Source of the DNA: an uncultured cyanobacterium
GTDB lineage: Bacteria > Cyanobacteriota > Cyanobacteriia > Cyanobacteriales > Nostocaceae
Length of the DNA: 64,000 nt
Reading direction: 5' to 3'
Assembly (NCBI GenBank): GCA_963740315.1
Contig: CAVUDP010000002.1
Coordinates: 1,728,001 to 1,792,000, forward strand
Below the pieces are notes generated by a model. The model worked only from the letters and a program-made list of their open reading frames with translations. It had not been told where the DNA came from and did no database searches. A program made the translations under genes and the position numbers. Within the stretch, counting starts at the first letter, position 1. The number at the start of each line of letters is the position of its first letter. This document shows, piece by piece, positions 51,968 through 62,130 of the stretch.

Positions 51968-52696
51968 ATGAAACAAACTGAGCGCTATTTATTTGATTTA
52001 CAAGGTTTCTTAGTTGTTGAAAATGTTCTTAGCAACGAGGAAATTTCAGCTTTAAACAAATTGATAGATAAGCAAGTTGCCATCAAAAATCAACCTGAAG
52101 CGTCTCGGTTGCGTTTTGACGGTTTGCTTTCATGGGGACAACCTTTTCTAAATTTGATCGATAATCCCCGCATAACTCCTTATTTATCTGAGTTGTTAGG
52201 GGGAAAATTTCGCTTAGATCACGATTATGTTCATATTATTCGTAAAGGTGTAGGTCCGATCGGTTGTTATTTGCACGGTGGAGGCACTCCTTACGATCCA
52301 ACTCAGTATTATTCATTCCGAAACGGCAGAATTTACAATGGTTTGCTTGCTGTTGCTTACGAGTTAAATGACGTACATCCGGGTGATGGAGGATTTGCTT
52401 GTATTCCCGGTAGTCATAAAAGTAATTTATCTTGTCCCCAAGAATGGCTTAATTTAGAGTGTCCTAAAGATATAGTCAAATCAGTTACTGTAAAAGCCGG
52501 AAGCGCCATTATCTTTACTGAAGCGTTGAGTCACGGAACCCTTACCTGGCAAGGAAAAAACGAGCGTAGAACATTATTTTACAAATATTCTCCTCATTCA
52601 TATGCGTGGTTGAGAAATTACTACAATCCCGACGATTTTACAGATTTAACTCCATCCCAACGAGAAATCCTCAAAACACCCGGAGTGTATCCTTAA
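51968..52696 (+). CDS. Phytanoyl-CoA dioxygenase-like (PhyH) protein
   Basis: 'FDLQGFLVV', '[11 protein letters not shown]', 'EALSHGT...ERR'; ATG at 51968. Confidence 0.85.
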   Translation: MKQTERYLFDLQGFLVVENVLSNEEISALNKLIDKQVAIKNQPEASRLRFDGLLSWGQPFLNLIDNPRITPYLSELLGGKFRLDHDYVHIIRKGVGPIGCYLHGGGTPYDPTQYYSFRNGRIYNGLLAVAYELNDVHPGDGGFACIPGSHKSNLSCPQEWLNLECPKDIVKSVTVKAGSAIIFTEALSHGTLTWQGKNERRTLFYKYSPHSYAWLRNYYNPDDFTDLTPSQREILKTPGVYP

Positions 52697-52836
52697 ACAG
52701 TGAGCAGTTAACAGTGAGCAGTGAGCAGTTAACAGTGAGCAGTGAATGGCTATAAATTAGCAATGTAGTGGGAGCGTCTCGCTCCCTAGAAAAATCTCGC
52801 TCCCCCTCTTCCCCCTCTTCCCCCTCTCCCCCATCT

Positions 52837-53040
52837 CCCCAAAGGTTACTGAGCAGTTCGACGTAGCTCACTGTAAGACTTGTCGAAGTACTCCCCCTCT
52901 CCCCATCTCCCCAAAGGTTACTGAGCAGTTCGACGTAGCTCACTGTAAGACTTGTCGAAGTACTCCCCCTCTCCCCATCTCCCCAAAGGTTACTGAGCAG
53001 TTCGACGTAGCTCACTGTAAGACTTGTCGAAGTACTCCCC
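52837..53040. repeat. Three tandem 72-bp units containing a nested small dispersed repeat
   Basis: AAAGGTTACTGAGCAGTTCGACG at 52841, 52913, 52985. Confidence 0.93.
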
Positions 53041-53054
53041 CTCTCCCCATCCCT

Positions 53055-53501
53055 TCATCCCCCCATCAATATTTCCTGGGAATTTAACCATCGCAAAACA
53101 CGTTTTTCAAGCTGTTTGGTTTTGAAATCTAACCATTCGTAATTTTCTTCTCGTTGCAAAATATCTTGAAAGCGTTGAAATGCTTTATAACTATCGATTG
53201 TAATTTCTAATTTATCGCGAAGCCATCCACTTGGAATTGTAGTGAGAAATAATTGCATATCATAATAATCTTCACAATGCTTGTTAGATGGTAATCTAAG
53301 GAATCTATGTTTGTCGGGGAATTCTTCTATAGGATAACCATCTAAATACAGGAAATTACCATCAATATCCATTGGATTGCAGTCGCCGGTTTGAAGTAGA
53401 ATTTTTCCTGTTGTGGTGTCTAAGTAATAAATACACTGATGTTCTTTTGGGTTTTTGGTAAAAGCTTCTTTTAAATCATCAATTTCTATAGGTAAATGCA
53501 T
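53055..53501 (-). CDS. UPF0158-like protein
   Basis: 'YYLDTTTGKI', 'YYDMQLF', 'AFQRFQDIL...W'. Confidence 0.75.
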   Translation of the reverse strand: MHLPIEIDDLKEAFTKNPKEHQCIYYLDTTTGKILLQTGDCNPMDIDGNFLYLDGYPIEEFPDKHRFLRLPSNKHCEDYYDMQLFLTTIPSGWLRDKLEITIDSYKAFQRFQDILQREENYEWLDFKTKQLEKRVLRWLNSQEILMGG

Positions 53502-53641
53502 GGTAGATTAATTGCGATCGCACTTAATTATCAGATAATATTTGTCGGCATTCCGACATAATTTGCAAGAATTTAACCCGATTCCTCAATTCTCAGAAAT
53601 TATTTAGAAGTGCTATATACTTTTTAACAATTTTTTATTGA

Positions 53642-54112
53642 TTATGCAGTCAGATATTTTTCCATTGTGTAATTTATAAAGCTTTCTCCTCTACGCTCTA
53701 CTTGTTGTTGCTTCATAATTGAAAAACCCATACGTAGAAAAAACGGTTTAGCAGTAATACTCGCTTCAGTATATAAACGATGTATCTTTAATTCGTAAGC
53801 TTTTGCTTCAATGGCATGGTAAATTTTCTTGCCTACACCCATGCGCTGATAGTTTTTGTGACAGTAGAAACAATCTATATGTCCGTCAGATTCTAATTCA
53901 CCGAAACCTGCAATTGTACCGCTATCATCGGCTACGTAAGTAAATTCCGAACAAACACTTACCCAATTTCTAAAATAAATATCGTCTGGTGCCCAGGCTT
54001 TCACTTGGTTTAATGAATAATCGTTAATATTAACTTCACGTATTGTTTGATGAAACAATCTGGCAACTTGCTCGGCATCTTGTTTGTCAAATAATCTTAT
54101 TTCTATCGGCAT
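53642..54112 (-). CDS. GNAT acetyltransferase
   Basis: 'YQRMGVGK', 'EASITAKPFF'. Confidence 0.92.
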   Translation of the reverse strand: MPIEIRLFDKQDAEQVARLFHQTIREVNINDYSLNQVKAWAPDDIYFRNWVSVCSEFTYVADDSGTIAGFGELESDGHIDCFYCHKNYQRMGVGKKIYHAIEAKAYELKIHRLYTEASITAKPFFLRMGFSIMKQQQVERRGESFINYTMEKYLTA

Positions 54113-54376
54113 AGGGCATCGGCAATAATAACAGAACCTATATTTTATTATTTAGCTATTTTAATAAAGCTAGTTTTATTAGCTAAATAATATAATAGAA
54201 ATTAAATAATTTTAATTTTTGATTATTAAACTCACTAGAAAATAGTAATAACACAATAGTAAAAATAGAACAGATTGAAACAATTATAAGCTTATATATC
54301 CAATTTCCTAATATAAAAAAATCCCACACAACCGTATTATCGAGTGAGACTTCTATATAAAAAACATGAAAAAATA

Positions 54377-54652
54377 TTAGTTACTTACAGCGTGCCATCT
54401 TAGATATTGAATTTCTGCCCAAGCTTGATTTTGATGAAACATTTGAGCAATTTTTGACCATGTTGTATGCGAAACTTTGGCGAGATTATATTTTTGCAAG
54501 TCACCAAACTGGCAAAACATTTTATATGCCCAAGTTGGCTCGTATCCCATAAATCTTGCGATCGCTATCCAGTCTGCTAAAGAAAATAACGAGATATCAA
54601 TTGAGGATTTATTCTTTAGATCGTTGGAGCTTATAGTCTTGGTTAATAACAT
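54377..54652 (-). CDS. Hypothetical protein with an internal duplicated motif
   Basis: 'WIAIARFMGYEPTWAY' and 'WSKIAQMFHQNQAWAE'; AGGA upstream of the ATG. Confidence 0.55.
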   Translation of the reverse strand: MLLTKTISSNDLKNKSSIDISLFSLADWIAIARFMGYEPTWAYKMFCQFGDLQKYNLAKVSHTTWSKIAQMFHQNQAWAEIQYLRWHAVSN

Positions 54653-55117
54653 GGAATTCCTATTAAAAGATTATTGTCAGAAAACAACCAAAACTATACA
54701 GAAGCTGGATTACTTGGTTGTGAGAATTAAAATCCACTTCGGTTTTCACATATTTATTTTGAAATGTCAAGCAATTGTAAATGCAATTTTTGAAGAATAT
54801 TATTTTTGGATACAATTTAAATTCAAATTTTAATGATGCCGCGTTTTTTTCACCTACAGACAACAAATTTGGAAGCTATAAAAAGGAATGGGAGCTATAT
54901 TCAAGCTATTTGAACGTATTTACTCTAAAAAACAGTTTTGAATATATATGAATAAACGCTATAGTAACTGTTCTAATTAAAAAGTCTCAAAAAATCTCAA
55001 CAATTTGCTCTCGCTGCCATTTGGTTAAAACTCAAAATCTTGGATGTGTTTGATTTCTCAATATTTTGGGAACAATCAACATGATATTGCAGCCAAGAGA
55101 ATGGTTAATCAAAGAAG

Positions 55118-56335
55118 ATGAGAGCATTATTATTTAAACAAAAGAAAATTCATTTCCGGATAAGTCTTGTATTTTGCAGCCTTTTATGCGTATTATTAGT
55201 TCTAATTCCAGTATTCTCGGTTCGGGGTCAAGGAAGCTCGAAGCAGACGATTAACCAACTTAAGCAGCAACGAAAACAAATTCAGCAAGAACATCAAACC
55301 ACAGTAAAAGAAAAAAAGCGTTTAAATAATTTGCAGCAAGAAGCTCAAAAACGTCTTGGTGGTTTAGAAGAAAACCTGCAAACTACTGATAGCCAAATTG
55401 AAGATAGCGAAAAACGTTTACTCCTAGCAACTCAACGACTCCAGCAGTTACAAGCTTCTTTAGCACAAGCACAAGTATCTTACGCTCAACGGCAAGCATC
55501 AACCGTCGCCAGACTCAGATATTTGCAACGTTCCCCAGTCAATCAAGGATGGGCTGTTTTATTACAAAGCCGTAATTTAAATGACTTTCTCAGTCGCCGT
55601 CGCAATTTAAAGTTGGTTTATCAAGCCGATCGCCAAGTTTTAGAAAAGTTAACTGAAGAAGCCAGTCGGATAAAACAGCAAAAAACCGATATCGAAAGCA
55701 AAAAGAACGAAATTGCCTTGATTCGACAGCAGTTGCTAGCACAAAAAGCCGATTATCAAGGACAAGCGCAATTACAAGCCGAATTAATACAGCGATTAAA
55801 TAGCGATCGCCTTGCCTTAGATGCAGCAAGAATGCAGTTAGAAAAAGATTCGCTATCTGTAGCAAGCTTAATTCAAAGGAAAGTAGCAGAAGAAGAAGCC
55901 AGAATTGCAGCAGCAAAAGCCCGCAGCCAACGGAGAAACTTCGTGCGCGGTAGCGGTATCATGGCATCTCCCAGCGACGGCTACATCAGCAGCCCTTACG
56001 GTTGGCGATCGCACCCAATTCTCGGTAGAGGACGATTGCATGCAGGTATAGATTTTGCCGCAGGTTACGGTAGTACAATACGTGCCGCAGATTCCGGAAC
56101 CGTTATCTATTCAGGTTGGTACGGCGGTTACGGAAAAACCATAATCATCAACCACGGCAAAGGAATAACCACACTTTACGCACACGCCAGCAAATTATAC
56201 GTACAAGAAGGAGAAAGCGTTAAACGAGGACAAGCCATATCCGCAATAGGTTCCACAGGCTTCTCAACAGGTCCCCACTTACACTTTGAAGTCCGTAAAA
56301 ACGGTACCCCCGTAAATCCCGCAAATTATCTTTAA
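55118..56335 (+). CDS. Coiled-coil plus M23 peptidase (EnvC-like family)
   Basis: Signal sequence, long coiled coil, 'HAGID', 'STGPHLHFEV'. Confidence 0.93.
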   Translation: MRALLFKQKKIHFRISLVFCSLLCVLLVLIPVFSVRGQGSSKQTINQLKQQRKQIQQEHQTTVKEKKRLNNLQQEAQKRLGGLEENLQTTDSQIEDSEKRLLLATQRLQQLQASLAQAQVSYAQRQASTVARLRYLQRSPVNQGWAVLLQSRNLNDFLSRRRNLKLVYQADRQVLEKLTEEASRIKQQKTDIESKKNEIALIRQQLLAQKADYQGQAQLQAELIQRLNSDRLALDAARMQLEKDSLSVASLIQRKVAEEEARIAAAKARSQRRNFVRGSGIMASPSDGYISSPYGWRSHPILGRGRLHAGIDFAAGYGSTIRAADSGTVIYSGWYGGYGKTIIINHGKGITTLYAHASKLYVQEGESVKRGQAISAIGSTGFSTGPHLHFEVRKNGTPVNPANYL

Positions 56336-56548
56336 CAGTTAGCAGTTAGCAGTTAGCAGTTAGCAGTTAGCAGTTAGCAGTTAGCAGTTATGAGTTAGGA
56401 GTTAGAAGTTAGGAGTTAGAAGTTAGGAGTTAGAAGTTAGGAGTTAGAAGTTAGGAGTTAGAAGTTAGCAGTTATGAGTTATGAGTTAGGAGTTAGGAAT
56501 TAGGAATTAGGAATTAGGAATTAGGAATTAGGAATTAGGAATTAGGAG
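56336..56548. repeat. Heptamer short tandem repeat tract (CAGTTAG, GAGTTAG/AAGTTAG, GAATTAG)
   Basis: Directly visible; similar tracts at 5390-5470, 50245-50285 and 51641-51745. Confidence 0.9.
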
Positions 56549-56655
56549 TAGCGATCGCCGGAAAGCTCGCTATTTAACTACCCCCCCTCTCCCCAAAGGT
56601 TACTGAGCTTGTCGAAGTACTCCCCATCTCCCCATCTCCCCATCTCCCCCTCTCC

Positions 56656-57291
56656 TCAACTGCTCGCCGTCAACTGCTGAAGCGGAATATCGAACTTCAT
56701 TTTCGGACGACGACTAAAGCCTTCGTCGCTTCCTATTTGATTGTTGGTAATTAGAGTTAGGTTATTCGCTTTTGAAGTAACTCCACCTTGGAAAACCAGT
56801 TCTCCTTTGAAAGTTTGACCTGACTCAATTTCAAGATAGGGATTATTTTCAGGTAATCTCAAGTTGTATTTATTCCCTAAATCATCTACAAGCACAACTC
56901 CTTTACCGTGCAAATTAAGGTGAATATTATACAGAGAACCATTAGTCACAGCTATTTCTACAATCGTATTTTCTTTAGTAAAAGAAATATTAGTCAGTCT
57001 TCCTACCGTACCATTGGGGTGATCTGCTTTAATATTTAAAGTTTTCTCCGCCTCGATTGCACTATCATTATTACTAATTAAAGATTCAATATCGGATGAA
57101 TTATTTACAGCATCAACATTAATTTTTTCAGTGATTATTCGCTGCACTTGTTTGTTATTGAACAAAAGCAAGACGCTAACGCACGCTATCAGCAAAACCG
57201 CAGATATTATTCCTAGTAGAAAACCACCGTTGTTATTATCTAGATTGGAAGTATTCTTAACTGGTTTATCTTTGAAATTATTTTTATTCAT
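56656..57291 (-). CDS. Hypothetical single-pass membrane protein
   Basis: One TM segment followed by a beta-rich domain. Confidence 0.75.
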   Translation of the reverse strand: MNKNNFKDKPVKNTSNLDNNNGGFLLGIISAVLLIACVSVLLLFNNKQVQRIITEKINVDAVNNSSDIESLISNNDSAIEAEKTLNIKADHPNGTVGRLTNISFTKENTIVEIAVTNGSLYNIHLNLHGKGVVLVDDLGNKYNLRLPENNPYLEIESGQTFKGELVFQGGVTSKANNLTLITNNQIGSDEGFSRRPKMKFDIPLQQLTASS

Positions 57292-57503
57292 AAGATATTG
57301 CTTTTAATGCTGCATAACTATAAATTAGCCCTATTCAGTATTTATATCAGTTTTTGAGGTAACTATTTTGCATTTTTATAAAATTTACTGAGATAAATCA
57401 TTACTGCGTGGCTGAATCTGTGTTTACGGGTATCTAAAAATAGCTAACATACTTAAGTAGCCAGAAAAGGAAATAAAAGGTATACTGTTTAATAATATTG
57501 TGA

Positions 57504-57576
57504 GGGCGCGTAGCTCAGTGGATAGAGCGGCAGATTCCGGTTCTGTAGGTCGGGGGTTCAAATCCCTCCGCGCTCA
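57504..57576 (+). tRNA. tRNA-Arg(CCG)
   Basis: GGGCGCG/CGCGCTC acceptor stem, AGCTCAGTGGATAGAGC D arm, GCAGA-TTCCGGT-TCTGT anticodon arm, GGTTCAAATCC T arm. Confidence 0.96.
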
Positions 57577-57591
57577 TTTTTATAGTTTAAG

Positions 57592-57615
57592 AAGACTTCG
57601 CAATTGCGAAGTCTT
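57592..57615. terminator. Palindrome between convergent tRNA and amidase genes, probable terminator
   Basis: AAGACTTCGC-AATT-GCGAAGTCTT. Confidence 0.65.
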
Positions 57616-57654
57616 TAAATATTATCCAGCGATTAAGAAATATACCTAAAACTA

Positions 57655-58413
57655 CTAATCAGCAATAAAATCGCTGTGTCCAGTATAAATATACTGAATG
57701 TCACGCGAACCGATTTTATTTTCTAACTCCACCGCATAGTGAGATTCTTCATTTGCAATCAACGTTGCTTTGTAGTCTCTTGGCTGTATTACTTCTAATT
57801 CACTTGGATCTAAATTTGAAGATTGCTCCGAAGAAGGTTTAAGGTAAGTAGTATAAAGAACCTTTAAAACACCCGATATAGTTGTTACTTCTTCCTTACC
57901 AACTAAACCATCAACGATCGCAGTTGCCATTTTTTCAGCATCGAACAATTTCATGTCTTTATCCGAACTGACAAAGCAGCATTCAATTAAAATTGCTGGC
58001 ATTGAAGTAAGTTCTAAGACTCTAAATCTAGCTTGTTTTACGCCTCGATTTAAAAATCCCAAAGACGTAATATTACTTAGTACTGACTCTGCTAAAGGTT
58101 TAGCAGCACTACGAACGTTATATATGTACACTTCACTACCATTAGCTGTTGGACTGCTAAAAGAATTAAAGTGAATAGAAACAAAGTAATCGGTACCGAG
58201 TTGATTAGCTTTTCTGGCTCTTTGCATCAAAGAATCATCGGTACTATAAGCTGATTTAGGTGTAACAGAAACAGCTTTATGTCCTCTTCGATCGAGCTTA
58301 CTAATAACTAATTCTCCTACCAACTTAGTCAAAGCATCTTCATTGTACTGATTAGTGCGAGCGCCGGTATCGTAGGGAGGGCAATTGTGACCAATATCAA
58401 TAGCAAAGAACAT
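57655..58413 (-). CDS. N-acetylmuramoyl-L-alanine amidase (Amidase_3)
   Basis: 'IDIGH', 'FVSIHFN', 'PAILIECCF'. Confidence 0.93.
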   Translation of the reverse strand: MFFAIDIGHNCPPYDTGARTNQYNEDALTKLVGELVISKLDRRGHKAVSVTPKSAYSTDDSLMQRARKANQLGTDYFVSIHFNSFSSPTANGSEVYIYNVRSAAKPLAESVLSNITSLGFLNRGVKQARFRVLELTSMPAILIECCFVSSDKDMKLFDAEKMATAIVDGLVGKEEVTTISGVLKVLYTTYLKPSSEQSSNLDPSELEVIQPRDYKATLIANEESHYAVELENKIGSRDIQYIYTGHSDFIAD

Positions 58414-58897
58414 TTGTGATCCTATTAGTTACTACAATTCGAGGCACTTTTCAATAATTCAAATATTTATTAATTAAGTAAAAACTCAATTAATTTGTTT
58501 GGCGATCGAACATATACATTTTGCGGAAATGCACCTAAGTTAAATTATTGACGTTCGGAAAAAAGCGCCGAACTAAGTGGGTATGCCTTCATTATTTGTG
58601 TCATTGTTCACTGCGTGAAGCAATCCCAAACCCTTGCGATGAACCGCACCCTACGGGTGAATGCTTCGTTTCGCCCTCGCCGCACGCTCCGCGTGAACGC
58701 TGCACTCGCAATGACAATATACAATTAATTTTGCATGAGTACCTATCTAATTAATATTGTAAAAATTATCTCTAAGTAATTTAATAAAAAATGTAGCTTT
58801 GGGTAAAATCCTTTAATATTTTCTACAAAAAAAAATAGGAATTTATTTAACATTGTATTATTTCAAATATCTTATTTATATATCAAGTATTTATATT

Positions 58898-59066
58898 TAG
58901 GACTTACGCAACTGGCACATTTTTCTTGTAGGGGAGGCAAAAGGGGGTGTAGATTTTCTTCCCCCCTTATTGCCGTTGTGTGACGCACCATCGTTAATTT
59001 GAACGTAGCAATAAGGTTTGTAGCGTCACGCACCATCAACCATTTGTGACAATATTGTAAGTCCTG
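58898..59066. mobile_element. MITE with TAGGACTTACGCA...TGTAAGTCCTG ends and 5-bp target duplication (ATATT)
   Basis: ATATT at 58893-97 and 59067-71; inverted homologue of 15324-15477. Confidence 0.82.
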
Positions 59067-59113
59067 ATATTATGGGTAAAATATTTATAGTGTCCGCAAC
59101 TTGCTCTTTATTT

Positions 59114-59283
59114 ATCTGAATTTAACGGGCAAGATGATCTGAATTTAACAAGCAATATTATCTGAATTTAACAAGCAATATTATCTGAATTTAACGGACA
59201 ATATTATTTGAATTGAACGGGCAAGATGATCTAAATTGAACGGGCAATATTATCTAAATTTAGCGGGCAAGATGCCCGCACTC
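59114..59283. repeat. Seven 23-bp tandem units ending in the palindrome GCGGGCAAGATGCCCGC
   Basis: Units start at 59114, 59137, 59160, 59183, 59206, 59229, 59252. Confidence 0.9.
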
Positions 59284-59504
59284 CCATATAAACTAAAAAA
59301 AACCTTCTTAGTTGTATCTTGGGTATTTCAGTTATTGAAAAAATATCTGTTTACCCCCATCTCCCCATCACCCGATCACCCCAAAGGTTACTGAGCAGTT
59401 CGACGTAGCTCACTGTAAGACTTGTCGAAGTACTCCCCATCTCCCCATCTCCCCATCTCCCCATCACCCGATCACCCCATCACCCCATCTCCCCATCACT
59501 CCAT

Positions 59505-60476
59505 CTATTTCACATTCGCGTGCAGGATTATTAAATGAAACTCCTGCCTAGTTTCAAGTTTGAGATATCGTTGTTGTAAAGATTGCCATTGCTGCCATAA
59601 ATCGTAACGATTTTTCTTCAGCAAATTTGCCAAAGTAGGAAGCTGGTTACTAATTTTTGATTCAAGCATATCTTGCAACCATTCATCTAAAACTACGCTA
59701 TCTTGCATGGAACCCAAAACTTCTTGGATGTTTTTAACTTGTTCGAGATAACTTCCGTATCCTTCACCATAGAAATCGGTAAACAATTCCATCTGATAGC
59801 GCAGTCTTTTGGCTTGCTTTCGCAAATCGTGCAGATTTTCTCCTTTTGTTAAAATTTGCTTCTCTATTTTTTTCGCATCAAAGTCAGTAGAAACAACTTT
59901 ATTTTCTTCTACTTGAGTTCCAACTAACCAACCTGGATGCAGTAAAAAGCGACTCACTTCAGGTAAAAGTAAATCTGGTAGCGCTTGTTGAATTGTCAAA
60001 TTTGCTAATGGTTGATAACTTGGTTCTTCCAACCACTCTTTTAATCCTGTTTTCAAAGATTTGTAACGTTCGCTTTTAAATAATTCTTTTACATCGGCTG
60101 CTGCATCTGCCCGTTGTTTATCTAAAGTCTCAATAACGTCATCTAAAATTGCTCTTTCTTTTTTAGGTAATTGAGGTTTATATGTAGCCTCTAAAGTTTC
60201 TTTTAACACATCCAAATCTCTTAGCGAACCAAGACAGCGGGCTATTTTTCCGATGTTTTTATCGTTCGCCGATTTGGGAAAATTGACAATAGAATCAAAT
60301 CTGGTTACGGTAGTACGCAAACGCCGCATACCAACCCGCATTTGATGTAAGGCTTCCGCATCTTTATCGTTTTTAACAGCTTTTTCCCACTTCCAGGTTT
60401 TGTTAAAGTGTTTTTCGATCGCACCGTGAGTGTAGTTGCTTAGAGTTTTTACTTCCCGTTTTGTAGCTAATGTCAT
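59505..60476 (-). CDS. CHAD domain protein
   Basis: 'EALHQMRVGMRRLR', 'LGSLRDLDV', 'LHDLRKQAKRLRY'. Confidence 0.93.
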   Translation of the reverse strand: MTLATKREVKTLSNYTHGAIEKHFNKTWKWEKAVKNDKDAEALHQMRVGMRRLRTTVTRFDSIVNFPKSANDKNIGKIARCLGSLRDLDVLKETLEATYKPQLPKKERAILDDVIETLDKQRADAAADVKELFKSERYKSLKTGLKEWLEEPSYQPLANLTIQQALPDLLLPEVSRFLLHPGWLVGTQVEENKVVSTDFDAKKIEKQILTKGENLHDLRKQAKRLRYQMELFTDFYGEGYGSYLEQVKNIQEVLGSMQDSVVLDEWLQDMLESKISNQLPTLANLLKKNRYDLWQQWQSLQQRYLKLETRQEFHLIILHANVK

Positions 60477-60719
60477 AGCACCCCGAATTATTAAGAGTAA
60501 TGTTTTACTTCTAGTAGATTATCGATCCTATCATCGGTTTTAAGTTTATATATCGGCTTTGATATTTTTTTGTCTAATTTCAGTCTTAAGAAAGATTTTC
60601 TCGCAAATTGTTTTGATGTAAATCTAATTTTTATCTATTTTTATACACTATTTATAATTAAAATTTAAGTATGATTAAAAAATATAAATCGTATCAAATT
60701 TTATTAATATTAAAAAAAA

Positions 60720-61124
60720 TCACAAATTTGTAGAAATCGCATTCACCGGACAAGTCGGAATACATTGCTCGCAAACGATACAGCGAGAACGAGTAAAAGT
60801 TAATTTAAAGCTTTGGGGATTAAGAGTAAGTGCTTGTGTTGGACAAACCCCAGTACATAATCCACAGTGAACGCAAGCTTCTTCATCAATGATAATTTCT
60901 CCCAAACTAAGCGAAACAGTGATACTTTGCTCGCGCATCCACTGTATAGCGGCATCTAACTGATCGATATCTCCAGATAATTCCACCACAAGCTTACCAA
61001 TTTGATTGGGAGCAACAGCAGCGCGGATAATATTTGCAGCAACATTAAAATCTTTTGCCAATCGGTAGGTCACTGGCATTTGAACTGTACGCTTAGGGAA
61101 AGTGATTGTAACTCGTTTTTTCAT
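60720..61124 (-). CDS. NIL domain plus 2x[4Fe-4S] ferredoxin
   Basis: Two CxxCxxCxxxCP motifs after a NIL-like domain. Confidence 0.92.
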   Translation of the reverse strand: MKKRVTITFPKRTVQMPVTYRLAKDFNVAANIIRAAVAPNQIGKLVVELSGDIDQLDAAIQWMREQSITVSLSLGEIIIDEEACVHCGLCTGVCPTQALTLNPQSFKLTFTRSRCIVCEQCIPTCPVNAISTNL

Positions 61125-61382
61125 TGGGAATTAGGAATTGGGGATTGGGATACGCCCGCACGCTCCGCGTGAATGGGGATTGGGAATTGGCAAAGAGTTA
61201 GGAGTGAGGAGTTAAGAGTTATGAATTTATTGCTCGCAGTTATTCATACCCCATTACCCATTACCTATTACCCATGCCCCATGCCCAAACCATGTTTTAT
61301 TTTTGAAACAGGGCTAATAAATGGAATTAGAGAGTTAAACTGGTGGATGAAATGATTTGTTAAGATTTTATAAACCTTTGTT

Positions 61383-61973
61383 ATGAGTACGGATTCGTCC
61401 TTAAACTCCCAGGAAAAGCCAGAATCCACCTTTGGGGTACGCCTCCGAAATTTTTTAATTGTTACGGTAGCGGTTTTTTTATCGGTTGCCTTATTTTTAG
61501 GACTCAGAGGTGAGACTAATTCAGTTTCCTTAACTGAGCTAGATGAAAATTCCACACCGTTGGAAGTTGCTTTGAATAATGGAAAACCATCTTTGATAGA
61601 ATTTTACGCTAATTGGTGTACTGTCTGCCAGAAGATGGCACCCGACATTGCCACACTGGAAGAGGAATATGCAGGTAAAGTGAATTTTGTGATGTTAAAT
61701 GTCGATAACAGTAAGTGGCTACCGGAAATGCTGCAATATCGAGTTGATGGGATTCCGCATTTTGTGTTTTTAGATAAAAATGCGAGTGCCAAAGCAGAAA
61801 CCATAGGCGACCAACCTCGTACAATAATGGGAAGTAACCTAGAAGCCTTGATTGCAGGTTCGGCTTTACCTTATGCTCAAGCTAACGGTAGAGTTTCGCA
61901 ATTTTCTACAACCCCAGTACCAACTGGTAGTAATGAAGACCCACGCAGTCACGGCACTCAGGTGGTGAATTAA
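61383..61973 (+). CDS. txlA: Membrane-anchored thioredoxin-like protein (TxlA/HCF164 type)
   Basis: TM segment, 'FYANWCTVC', 'VDGIPHF', 'DPRSHG' tail. Confidence 0.88.
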   Translation: MSTDSSLNSQEKPESTFGVRLRNFLIVTVAVFLSVALFLGLRGETNSVSLTELDENSTPLEVALNNGKPSLIEFYANWCTVCQKMAPDIATLEEEYAGKVNFVMLNVDNSKWLPEMLQYRVDGIPHFVFLDKNASAKAETIGDQPRTIMGSNLEALIAGSALPYAQANGRVSQFSTTPVPTGSNEDPRSHGTQVVN

Positions 61974-62130
61974 GATGCTTGTGACGGCTTTTAGACTGGC
62001 ACGTATTTTTACAAGCATATCTTGCTTACGTGGGTTTAAGATAGGTGAGGTTGTATTAGCTACAACATCGCTTGTAGTATTTCATTCAAAACACAATTAA
62101 CCTCAACTACTCTTCCCATAGCTGGGAAAT

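Noticed and set aside
57504..59066. Genomic island integrated at tRNA-Arg
   Set aside because: No integrase and no duplicated tRNA 3' end noticed in the window.
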